Under the pieces are notes generated by a model that made no database searches, had not been told where the DNA came from, and saw only the letters and a program-made list of their open reading frames with translations. A stretch of 64,000 nucleotides of DNA from Candidatus Moranbacteria bacterium UBA2282 (GTDB taxonomy: Bacteria; Patescibacteriota; Minisyncoccia; Moranbacterales; UBA2206): NCBI GenBank assembly GCA_002345745.1, contig DDWQ01000011.1, positions 21,995 to 85,994 of the forward strand, given 5' to 3'. This document shows positions 55,446 through 64,000 of the stretch, in pieces; within the stretch, counting starts at the first letter, position 1; each line of letters starts with the position of its first letter. The translations under genes and the position numbers were made by a program.

Positions 55446-56597
55446 TTATTTACCCATAATTTCATCATATATTCCCAGCATTTTCGTAGCAGTTTGTTGC
55501 CAGGAAAATTTAGCAGCTTGTTGTAATTCCTTTTGCATCAGATTAGTGCGTAAATATTCATCAGAAACAATTCGCGTTAGTTTTTCTGCAAAGTCTGTGG
55601 GATTTTTCACATCAAACAAAAGAGTTGAGTTATCAATTATTTCAAGGTGTGGTGCAATATTCGATGCCAAGGTCGGCACGCCCAGCGTCATTGCTTCCAA
55701 AATGGGAATGCCAAAGCCCTCATATAAAGAAGGGAAGCAAAAAACGTGTGCTAGTTTGAAAAGTGCCGGCTTATCAGTTTCATCAATAAAGCCTGGTAGC
55801 AGGACTTCTGTCTGCAAAGAATAGTTTTTAATAAATTTATCAATCTGCGTGTCATAGTTTCTTCCCTTACCGCCTGCCAAAACCAGTTTAATCCCAGCTC
55901 TTTTTTCACTAGGAATTTTTACATACGCTTCAATCAGAGCTGGTAGATTTTTTCTCGGTTGCAAAGTGCCGATAGAGAGAATGAATTTTGGTGGCAAATT
56001 ATACTTTTTTCTAATCACTTCTAGTTGCTCCGGAGAAATATCAACTGCAAAATTATCTGCCACAGCATTATGAATCCATTCTAATTTTTCTTCTTTGATT
56101 AGATAATATTTTTTTATTTCTGAAACTGTAAATTTGGAAACTCCAATTATCTTATCAGCTCGTCGTAAACTCAATGGCATCAAAATCTTGAGAAAAAATA
56201 AATCCAGCTTTCCAATTAATTCTGGAAAAACTTTGAAAGACACGTCGTGCACAATCGTGACAATTTTAATTTTTTTCGACACAAAAAACGGCGTTATATA
56301 TTGCACCTGCAAAATATCTACCGGATGAGTTCGCAAATATTTCGGCAAAATCCAAGCGTTCCACAAAAACTTATTTACACCTTTTTCACCCAAACTTACC
56401 ACGGAAAAATTAACTGGCAAATGCAAGATGTCTAGAGATTCTTGCAATAAACTGTCTCCATTCACTTTTCTATCAGTCAGGAGCAAATAATTGTTGACCG
56501 TATCAAGCAATGCAAATTGCTTCACCAAATTAAAAAACACCACTTCATCCCCTGTCCTGCCCTTGCCAATATTTCGAATATCAATTGCTATTTTCAT
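55446..56597 (-). CDS. glycosyltransferase family 1 (GT4)
   Basis: C-terminal EGFGIPILEAM motif. Confidence 0.8.
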   Translation of the reverse strand: MKIAIDIRNIGKGRTGDEVVFFNLVKQFALLDTVNNYLLLTDRKVNGDSLLQESLDILHLPVNFSVVSLGEKGVNKFLWNAWILPKYLRTHPVDILQVQYITPFFVSKKIKIVTIVHDVSFKVFPELIGKLDLFFLKILMPLSLRRADKIIGVSKFTVSEIKKYYLIKEEKLEWIHNAVADNFAVDISPEQLEVIRKKYNLPPKFILSIGTLQPRKNLPALIEAYVKIPSEKRAGIKLVLAGGKGRNYDTQIDKFIKNYSLQTEVLLPGFIDETDKPALFKLAHVFCFPSLYEGFGIPILEAMTLGVPTLASNIAPHLEIIDNSTLLFDVKNPTDFAEKLTRIVSDEYLRTNLMQKELQQAAKFSWQQTATKMLGIYDEIMGK

Positions 56598-56690
56598 AAA
56601 ATTATAATACGAATGATGCGAATTATTTGCATGCTAATCTACAAATATGCAAATAAAAATTCGCAACATTCGCATATTCGTAGATTAGCA

Positions 56691-58316
56691 TTAATTTGTA
56701 GATTCGTATTGATTAGTAATAAAAGCTAAGCCCAAAAATAACCACAGAAATCCTAGCAATATGCCAGAGTTGAACAGATTTGGAATAGTTAGCGCAAACC
56801 AACCTAATAATATGAACAAAGGTAGCGCCTTTTCCTCTTGTGTAGCAAAAAATAAAGTCGCACTTGCTTTTAAGAAAATAAATATCCAGGTTATTGTAAA
56901 GGCCAACAGGCCAATGATTCCAGCACCCAGCCAAATTTCTAGGAAAATGTTGCTGGCGTTTAGTCCTGTTCCCCGCTCGTCGGTGCCTAGGTGGGAGCTG
57001 ATATTTCCCCAACCAATTCCCCAGATTGGATTTTGCTTAATGAGGTCCCATGATTTTTTATAAATCTCACTACGCACGCCAACATTTGGATCTATGCGAT
57101 AAACTTCAGTCACAAAATTACCTGCCAATTTTTCTTGTTCAATTTCTTCTAAATTAATGTGACGACAACCAGATTTCGTCAACAGCTCAGTGTTCCAAGT
57201 CTGCGTACCAAGTTTTTGTTTTTCCAAACAAGAAATTGTAATTTTTTGCAAACCAGAACCAGTACTTTGCGCGCGATTTCCAAGTTGGAAGGTAGTCAAA
57301 TGAAAAAGAAAAACAAGCGCCAAACTAGCTATGAAAGCTAACAAAATTTTAATTTTTAAATTGAAAGTTTTTTTCCATTGCCACTTTTTGTAATCCATTT
57401 TCAATTGTGTAAAAAAACTCAGCAAGAAAATGACTGTCACACCCAACGCCCCCAGCCATGCACTGCGCGAAACAGTCAAAATCAATAAAACATATACAAC
57501 TACTAAAAATACATACATCAAAATTTGCAAAATTTGAAATTTAGTAATTAAAAATTGATTTGAAGTTTGAAATTTTAAATTTGAAATTTGAGCATCTTTA
57601 TAAAAATCATCCCTCTTCTTATATAAATAAAATATTAAACTATACGCCAAGGCTAATAATAATGACAGGAATATTCCCAACCAATCAGCCTCGGTAAAAG
57701 TTCCATTAGGTCGTCCGGGCATCACTTCAAAATTAGAGGCTCCCCGCATAAACTGCACATTCTGCCAGATGCCATAACCAATCACCACAATTGATGAACT
57801 TAAGAAAAACGGAATGACTTTTTTTAAATCATCCAGTGTTTGAATATAATTTCGCACTAAAAAATATAAAGCTATAAATGAAGCCAAGACTATTGATTGC
57901 TTGAGGCTCACAGCGACATTGGTTGCAAAAATAGCACTGGCAAAACTGGCAAGACCAAAAAGAATCAGCATCCAATCATACCAAGTTAATCGAGTCAATT
58001 TGAAATTTAAGCGTTTGGTCGCCAAGCGAATGATGATAGCTAAAATTGTCAGACCACCAAAAAATTGAAAGGGGCGGATTGCAATGCCAAGTTCCGCTGG
58101 TGCTAAATTTATATTTTCCAACATTATCGTGCCGACAAAAAAAAGAAATCCCCAGCCAGGACGATAGAGAGTTAATGCTAATGTCAATATTGAGAAAAAA
58201 ATGAAATCCCCAAACTGCAATGGTAGAATATGCAAATTGGAAAGCACAATGCTAAAAAAAACCAATAACACATTGATGCCAAGCAAAGCTATTTGATTTT
58301 TATTTTTTATAAACAT
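56691..58316 (-). CDS. O-antigen ligase / Wzy-like polytopic membrane protein
   Basis: More than 10 TM helices with a large loop. Context inside the glycosyltransferase cluster. Confidence 0.55.
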   Translation of the reverse strand: MFIKNKNQIALLGINVLLVFFSIVLSNLHILPLQFGDFIFFSILTLALTLYRPGWGFLFFVGTIMLENINLAPAELGIAIRPFQFFGGLTILAIIIRLATKRLNFKLTRLTWYDWMLILFGLASFASAIFATNVAVSLKQSIVLASFIALYFLVRNYIQTLDDLKKVIPFFLSSSIVVIGYGIWQNVQFMRGASNFEVMPGRPNGTFTEADWLGIFLSLLLALAYSLIFYLYKKRDDFYKDAQISNLKFQTSNQFLITKFQILQILMYVFLVVVYVLLILTVSRSAWLGALGVTVIFLLSFFTQLKMDYKKWQWKKTFNLKIKILLAFIASLALVFLFHLTTFQLGNRAQSTGSGLQKITISCLEKQKLGTQTWNTELLTKSGCRHINLEEIEQEKLAGNFVTEVYRIDPNVGVRSEIYKKSWDLIKQNPIWGIGWGNISSHLGTDERGTGLNASNIFLEIWLGAGIIGLLAFTITWIFIFLKASATLFFATQEEKALPLFILLGWFALTIPNLFNSGILLGFLWLFLGLAFITNQYESTN

Positions 58317-58357
58317 TTTTTGTATTGAGATTTAGACACTAGGCGTCGAGGTGATAA

Positions 58358-59533
58358 TTACAAACTCTTAATTATATTAAAAATCTTGCTACTAAATTTT
58401 TCCCAGGAAAAATTTAGTGCGCGTTCTTTTCCGCGTCTAACAAGAGTTGCACGAAGTTCTGAGTTTAGCAAAACATTTTTCATTACCATCGCAATATCAG
58501 AAACATCATCCGAATTACAATACAAAACACTATCTAATCCAACTTCCGGTAAAGAAGAATTTTTAGCAGTAATAACTGCTGTGCCAGTGTTCATTGCTTC
58601 CAGCACTGGCAGACCAAAACCTTCATAGTGCGATGGATAGACAAACATTAGTGCACTAGAAAATATGACTGGCATATCTGTTTGAAGAGTCATACCTAAA
58701 AGACACACTTGTTTGGTAAGATTGAGTTCCCGAACTAATTTTTCTGCGTCTACAGCAAGTGGAGCTAATTGAGGCAATAACTTTCCATATATAACCAACT
58801 TTGGAATCTCCCGACTAAAATGTGTTTTTTTATTCGACTCCAATAAGCTTGCATAGGCACGAATGACACCTTCCACATTTTTTCTAACCTCCATTCCCCC
58901 ACCAGCCAAAATATACCCCGACTTCAATCGATATTTTTTCAAAACTATGCTAATTGTTTTCTCAGAAATATTCTTTTTATAAATTTCATCAACATCAATA
59001 TAATTAACCGTAATTTTTTGTGCAGCAATGCCAAGTTGAGTTATTAGGTCTTTTTCTGTACGCGAAGAAACCGCCAAAATTTTATTAGCTCGCCCAATTG
59101 CGCGCTCAGTCATCGCCCAATATATTTTTTTGCGTATGTTATTTAGATATTCTGGAAATAGTCTTGGGACGATATCATGAACCACCATTATGTGTTTTAT
59201 GTCCGCACTTGTGACGGTCGGACATTGATAGAGCGACAGCAAAACATCACACCCGTCTTTTTTAACCATTTTGGGTAAACCATATTTTTCCCACAAAATT
59301 TTACGCACTAAATCATCGCGTCTCCAAAGGGGCAAAAAAATATGCTTGGTAAAATTCTCTGGCAATTTAATGTCAGCTGGCAGATCTTCCTCCAAATACA
59401 AAACAAACTCCGCGTCAGTTTTTTGCTGAGCAATCTTCTTTAAAAAGTTAGTTGTCACCTGCCCAATCCCGCTTCCGGGCTTTCTAGCAAATGAGGCGTT
59501 GATTCCAATTTTCATGAATTTATTATACCTCAA
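58358..59533 (-). CDS. glycosyltransferase family 1 (GT4)
   Basis: EGFGLPVLEAM motif. Confidence 0.8.
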   Translation of the reverse strand: MRYNKFMKIGINASFARKPGSGIGQVTTNFLKKIAQQKTDAEFVLYLEEDLPADIKLPENFTKHIFLPLWRRDDLVRKILWEKYGLPKMVKKDGCDVLLSLYQCPTVTSADIKHIMVVHDIVPRLFPEYLNNIRKKIYWAMTERAIGRANKILAVSSRTEKDLITQLGIAAQKITVNYIDVDEIYKKNISEKTISIVLKKYRLKSGYILAGGGMEVRKNVEGVIRAYASLLESNKKTHFSREIPKLVIYGKLLPQLAPLAVDAEKLVRELNLTKQVCLLGMTLQTDMPVIFSSALMFVYPSHYEGFGLPVLEAMNTGTAVITAKNSSLPEVGLDSVLYCNSDDVSDIAMVMKNVLLNSELRATLVRRGKERALNFSWEKFSSKIFNIIKSL

Positions 59534-59612
59534 AAGGCATTTATAACAAAATTATACAGAAGTTACATCCAAACTCATTGACATCGAAACACCTCCGAGA
59601 TATAATTTAACT

Positions 59613-59885
59613 ATGAATGAAAATAATGCGACTAAAAAAGAAACGACTATGGATGATTTGGCTAGAATTGTTCAAGGTGGTTTTTTAAGTGTGGAAGAAA
59701 GATTAGATAGAATTGAAACTGACGTTAGCACCCTCAAGACTGATGTTCATATACTCAAGACTGATGTTGCAGAAATAAAAACAACTCTAGGGAATGTTGA
59801 AGCTGACCTCAATAAAAAAGTTGATAAATTCACTCACAATGACCTTGAATATCGCGTAGAAAAGTTGGAAAAGAAATTTGCCTAA
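59613..59885 (+). CDS. hypothetical coiled-coil small protein with TDV-type heptad repeats
   Basis: Repeats TDVSTLKTDVHILKTDVAEIKT. No family assignable. Confidence 0.4.
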   Translation: MNENNATKKETTMDDLARIVQGGFLSVEERLDRIETDVSTLKTDVHILKTDVAEIKTTLGNVEADLNKKVDKFTHNDLEYRVEKLEKKFA

Positions 59886-60049
59886 GTAACTGCCTAACAT
59901 CTCACCGCCATAAAATGGCTTGCCAGCTGAAATCCTGAAATTCAACTCGGCATGAGATATTAGACAGTTACTAAAAAATAAAACTTCAACCCACGAAAAA
60001 ATCCAGCTGGTTGCTGGATTTTTTAATATCTTTTTTTACGCAAAGAAAA

Positions 60050-60982
60050 TTATTTAAAAATCGTAATCAAAATAGTTCCGATGACCATAAGAACAGTGGC
60101 GAAAATTTTCTTTTTGGCATCGCGTGTTTCATGCAAGAAAATATAACCGATGAAAAACGAGAACATCGGAGCAATTCTTTTGATCGACATTACAAGCGAG
60201 GCTTGTTGGGACTCCAAAGCTACATTAATGCTTCCATTCGCCAACGCATATCCAGCTCCAGCCACCAATGCTAGTATAAAAAATATTTTTTTTTCTTTGC
60301 CAGTCAAATGATTCAGAATTCTTTTAGATTTTTTCCATTCGAAAGCAAGTATAATCAACAGAAAAGTCAAGGCAATGGATAGATGTGCAACAATCGCTAC
60401 AAAAATGGCTGAGCTTTCTAGAATCGACATTTTCATGCCAACTGGCGTCAATGTATAGCAAATTCCCACCACAACCATATATAATTTAGCCTTATTTCTT
60501 CTAGCACGCAATTCTTTCTCCTCCACACTCGGATTTTTTATTTTCTTGCGATAATCCATAATCACCGCGCCTGATATGACAATAAGAATACCAATGAAGC
60601 TAAGTATGGTCGGAACTTCTTTCAATAAAAAAAAGGCTGGGATAATAATAAACAAGGAAGTGAAGGCTAGCCACGGTGCAACATAATTATATTCTGCTAC
60701 TTGCAAGGCTTTGTAGCCGAAATAAGCACCCAGCACATTAAACGGCACAGTAATCAACATTCCATACCAAAAATTCAAATGATTTTTTATTTCTGGAAAA
60801 ATCTGGCCAGTTTGAAAATAGAAAAAAATTGCCAAGAGCAAGCCGGCAAAAAAATAATTTATAAAAGCAATAATATTGATAGCACTTCTGGAGACATCAA
60901 TATTTCTTTTATTAATCGCACCTGTCACTGATTGAAACAAGGCACCTGTAATTGATAATATAATCCACATAAAAAATATCAA
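60050..60982 (-). CDS. EamA/DMT superfamily transporter
   Basis: 10 TM helices in a 5+5 duplicated EamA arrangement. Confidence 0.7.
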   Translation of the reverse strand: MIFFMWIILSITGALFQSVTGAINKRNIDVSRSAINIIAFINYFFAGLLLAIFFYFQTGQIFPEIKNHLNFWYGMLITVPFNVLGAYFGYKALQVAEYNYVAPWLAFTSLFIIIPAFFLLKEVPTILSFIGILIVISGAVIMDYRKKIKNPSVEEKELRARRNKAKLYMVVVGICYTLTPVGMKMSILESSAIFVAIVAHLSIALTFLLIILAFEWKKSKRILNHLTGKEKKIFFILALVAGAGYALANGSINVALESQQASLVMSIKRIAPMFSFFIGYIFLHETRDAKKKIFATVLMVIGTILITIFK

Positions 60983-61077
60983 AAAAAATAAAATCGTAAA
61001 TTTATTATATCATAAAAAAACTAAACCCCCTCAGCGATACTATACGCTTCGGGGGCCAGGCAGGTCAATGTAGATAT

Positions 61078-61890
61078 TTACGCGAGTTGTTTTGTAAACT
61101 CGCGCAAACCCTTTTGATGGTAGAAGGCAGCTTCGGCTTGAAGTTCTGTCTTCTGTGGGGTGCGATTTGGTGGCACGCCCAGGCATTCCAGGTAAGCCAC
61201 ATCCATCTTGGCTCCGGCAAGATGAGCCAGAAATTGAATGACGAAATGCATGCCCCATTTGGGTATGGATTTTTCGCCATACTGTTCTTTCGCGAACCTC
61301 TCGTATGCGGGGTACATTTCAAGTGCTTTTGCCAAAAATTCTGGTCTGCCGAGATTAAGGCCAGAGCTTTGGATATAGGTGGGGTTTTTCATATCCAGCA
61401 TGGCTGACTGGAATGAGGCAAGGGAGCGCATCATGTGTCGGTCGTGATAGCCGGTGGCGTGGTCTGGGTACACAATGGTTCCGATCATATGATCACACTT
61501 CCCGGAAACTATTGTTCGAATCAATCGTGGAAAAACGGCAGGGTTATGTTCGCCATCTGCATCCAGGCAGCCAATGATGGCACCTTTTCCAGCTTGCTCA
61601 AGAGCCCAGGCATAGCCGATTAAAATATTGGCAGCATTGCCTATGTTCTCTTGATTACAAATAACTTCGAGAAAATTATATTCTTCAGTCAGTTGCCGAT
61701 AAATTTCCTGCGAACCGTCGGTGCTGTTGTCATCGATGATCAACAGTGTCAGGTCGCACCCCCTTGATACGAGGTTGACTGCGAGATCTTCGAAGGCGTA
61801 GAAATTTTCTTGCACCTTGGTTCCTGCGTTATGTGCAGGAGAAAAAAGAAGCAAGCGTTGAATTCCAATTGGAGATATTCCTTTGTTCAT
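61078..61890 (-). CDS. glycosyltransferase family 2 (polyprenyl-phosphate sugar synthase-like), GC-rich
   Basis: IIDDNSTDGS...LDADGEH DxD region. Local GC ~50% versus ~33% flanks. Confidence 0.8.
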   Translation of the reverse strand: MNKGISPIGIQRLLLFSPAHNAGTKVQENFYAFEDLAVNLVSRGCDLTLLIIDDNSTDGSQEIYRQLTEEYNFLEVICNQENIGNAANILIGYAWALEQAGKGAIIGCLDADGEHNPAVFPRLIRTIVSGKCDHMIGTIVYPDHATGYHDRHMMRSLASFQSAMLDMKNPTYIQSSGLNLGRPEFLAKALEMYPAYERFAKEQYGEKSIPKWGMHFVIQFLAHLAGAKMDVAYLECLGVPPNRTPQKTELQAEAAFYHQKGLREFTKQLA

Positions 61891-62288
61891 GATGTCATTC
61901 TCCTTTGGGCTGTGCCCATGTTGTGTGTTTTAGAATATAATATTTTATATTCCATTGTAAAAATTCTATCCATAACTGACTATATACATTGTAGCACATC
62001 TAAGCCAAAAAGTCAAAACAAAAACTACCATATTTAATAGATATACTAAAATTTGGCTCAAAAAAAGCATTATTTTACTAATTTAAACCCGAAAATAAAA
62101 CTTACTTAATTTGCATTTGAAATTACTGCGTGCAAAAGATGAGATACATAGGCAACACTAAGGATTTATCAAAATTAAAATATTCCACATTTTCTTCACT
62201 TGACTCCCCTCTCAATCGTCCTATAATAGTATCTAGTTGTCCAAATTGACGGGACACATCTAAATTAAAAAAATAATTACAAAAAAAT

Positions 62289-63569
62289 ATGTCAGAAAAA
62301 AAGGATCAAAAGGTGTGCATCATTGGTATGGGCTATGTCGGGTTGCCATTAGCGGCGGTGTGTGCGAAGAATGGTTACGAAGTGACAGGTTTTGACACTG
62401 ACCAATCGAAACTAGATATCATCGCGCAAGGCAAAAGTCCGTTTTATGAAAAATTTCTGGATGACCTACTACCGAATGTAAAAATAAATGTCACTTCTGA
62501 TCCAAAAGGAATTCAAGGCAACGATATTTATATCATTTGCGTACCAACCCCAGTTGATGGCAAACACAATCCTGATTTGAAATATGTCATCAGTGCCTCA
62601 CAAGCAGTTGCTAATAATATGTCCCGGGGTGCTTTAGTCATTCTTGAATCAACCGTTAACCCCGGAGTAAGTGAAGAAGTTGTGGCACCGATCTTTGAAA
62701 AAGCCGGATTTGTTGTTGGTAAAGATGTCTTTATTTCTCACTGTCCAGAACGAGTTGATCCAGGCAATGAAAAATGGAATGTTACAAATCTTCCGCGCGT
62801 CGTTGGTTCTTTTGACGAAATAGGTCTAAAAAGAACTGTGGAGTTCTACAAAAATATTACTTCGGGAGAAATCGCTGAAATGGACAATATCCGCGAAGCT
62901 GAAGCAACAAAAATTTTGGAAAATTCTTTCCGCGATATTAACATCGCCTTTGTGAATGAAATGGCGATGTCATTTGCTCGCATTGATATCGACATTACCA
63001 ATGTTATTAGAGGAGCATCTTCCAAATTTTCCTTTATGCCTCACTGGCCCGGTTGTGGCGTCGGTGGACATTGCATCCCAGTTGATCCCTATTATATGAT
63101 TGAAAAGGGCAAGGAAAATAATTTCGAACACAAGTTTCTGAGTGCGGCTCGAAAAATAAATGACGGTATGGCTGATTACACGGTTGAAATGTTGCAAGAT
63201 AAATTAAACGAAGTATCAATGCCAGTCAAGGGAACTAATGTTGGAGTTTTAGGAATTTCTTACAAGGCTAACATTGGTGATTTACGTGAAAGTCCCGCTC
63301 TTCGAATTATTGATAAAATCAAAAAAATGGATGCTAACTTGATAACTTTTGATCCATATGTCCCAAGTCTTTCTTCTGAAAAAAGTTTAGATGAAATTAT
63401 GTCAAAATCAGAAGCACTAGTTGTTGTCACTAATCACGATGAATTTAAAAATATTCCGGTTTCAGATTTTGTTAAACACGGAATCAAAGTGATTATCGAT
63501 GGTCGCAACTGTCTAGATAAAAAAGCTATCCGTGCCGCTGGCATTGTCTATGCAGGAATAGGCAGATAA
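62289..63569 (+). CDS. nucleotide-sugar dehydrogenase (UDP-glucose/GDP-mannose dehydrogenase family)
   Basis: N-terminal Rossmann motif VCIIGMGYVGLPLA and the catalytic Cys in GCGVGGHCIPVDP. Confidence 0.88.
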   Translation: MSEKKDQKVCIIGMGYVGLPLAAVCAKNGYEVTGFDTDQSKLDIIAQGKSPFYEKFLDDLLPNVKINVTSDPKGIQGNDIYIICVPTPVDGKHNPDLKYVISASQAVANNMSRGALVILESTVNPGVSEEVVAPIFEKAGFVVGKDVFISHCPERVDPGNEKWNVTNLPRVVGSFDEIGLKRTVEFYKNITSGEIAEMDNIREAEATKILENSFRDINIAFVNEMAMSFARIDIDITNVIRGASSKFSFMPHWPGCGVGGHCIPVDPYYMIEKGKENNFEHKFLSAARKINDGMADYTVEMLQDKLNEVSMPVKGTNVGVLGISYKANIGDLRESPALRIIDKIKKMDANLITFDPYVPSLSSEKSLDEIMSKSEALVVVTNHDEFKNIPVSDFVKHGIKVIIDGRNCLDKKAIRAAGIVYAGIGR

Positions 63570-63614
63570 ATACTAACCTTCGCACTCATTGCAAAGCTCC
63601 GGTCAACCGGAGCT

Positions 63615-63917
63615 TTGCTTGCTAAACAAGTAAAAATATGCGACAATAAAAATGTTATTATAAATGGTTTAATCAATAAAATTGTGTTTGATATTATAAA
63701 ATCTTTCATTTGGATTGTAGTTATTCTAGTTATAGGTTATTTTGTACTGGGTTATTTTGGTTATGAAGTCAATATGGGTTATTTTTCTGATAGCAAAAAA
63801 AATTGCCAGGAAAAAATAAAAGACTGCACGGATACAGTTATTCATAAAGGACTTGATGGTACAAATGAATGTAGTTTAAATTGTGTTGATCCACAACTAA
63901 TAATTAAGAAAAAATAA
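63615..63917 (+). CDS. hypothetical small membrane protein
   Basis: One TM helix and a Cys-containing tail. Confidence 0.35.
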   Translation: MLAKQVKICDNKNVIINGLINKIVFDIIKSFIWIVVILVIGYFVLGYFGYEVNMGYFSDSKKNCQEKIKDCTDTVIHKGLDGTNECSLNCVDPQLIIKKK

Positions 63918-64000
63918 TGAAACTAATCGTAAACCTCCCTGCTTTCAATGAAGCAGAAAAAATTGCTGAAACTATAAAAAGAATTCCAAGGCAAATTGAA
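63917..64000 (+). CDS. glycosyltransferase family 2, 5' partial (runs off window)
   Basis: MKLIVNLPAFNEAEKIAETIKRIP matches the typical GT2 N-terminus. Confidence 0.5.
   Translation, partial: MKLIVNLPAFNEAEKIAETIKRIPRQIE

Noticed and set aside
723-57012. Numerous 60-165-aa ORFs antisense to, or overlapping, long conserved genes (e.g. 723-1076-, 2194-2449-, 4011-4334-, 6695-7147-, 8821-9315-, 9409-9675-, 10878-11375-, 13834-14439-, 31112-31516-, 37311-37662-, 41173-41664-, 56713-57012-)
   Set aside because: They are shadow ORFs inside genes with clear homology on the other strand or frame. They are low-complexity and have no start context.

Overview
AT-rich (~35% GC) bacterial chromosome segment with compact genes and weak Shine-Dalgarno usage. 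By inference it resembles a Candidate Phyla Radiation / Patescibacteria-type or similar reduced fermentative bacterium. Most of the window is core housekeeping, listed here in coding order. (1) murB. (2) hpf-secA-nudix-secD-secF-mscL. (3) A four-subunit pyruvate:ferredoxin oxidoreductase operon porCDAB, followed by tRNA-Thr. (4) A reverse rubrerythrin, a ZIP transporter, prfB with the canonical CTT-TGA-C +1 frameshift, and ftsEX. (5) tRNA-Gln on the minus strand. (6) rluB-like, obg, priA-def-fmt on the minus strand, a riboflavin gene set, gltX, two M23 peptidases and iscR-iscS-iscU on the minus strand. (7) rpmA, pyrG, rplI and ctpA. (8) A cell-envelope glycan cluster of GT2/GT4/LCP/O-antigen-ligase/EamA/UDP-sugar dehydrogenase genes.

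Several accessory or unusual features stand out:
(a) A family of GC-rich palindromic mini-elements (CCTGCCT...AGGCAGG) is inserted in-frame in secA, porD and secD and also lies in intergenic DNA.
(b) A 2.1-kb four-gene cassette is bracketed by perfect 73-bp direct repeats. The repeats duplicate the promoter and 5' end of the rubrerythrin gene, and one of the palindromic elements sits at the left junction.
(c) A tandem array of four and a fraction paralogous PEP-utilising (phospho-His swivel) proteins share near-identical 3' ends and have divergent or shortened N-terminal domains. The array is interrupted by an AbiEi/AbiEii toxin-antitoxin pair and a C-terminal gene remnant.
(d) A wHTH plus Cas2/PaaX_C-like putative regulator is bracketed by three copies of a ~35-bp element with a CTTACGGTCGTAAG palindromic core. 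It is followed by a LigT-like 2H phosphoesterase with degenerate catalytic motifs.
(e) SecD carries a parvulin-like insert.
(f) An 18-bp duplication of the tRNA-Gln 3' end flanks a GC-rich 190-bp segment.
(g) Two genes are compositionally foreign (GC ~47-50%).

No CRISPR array, rRNA or transposase was seen.
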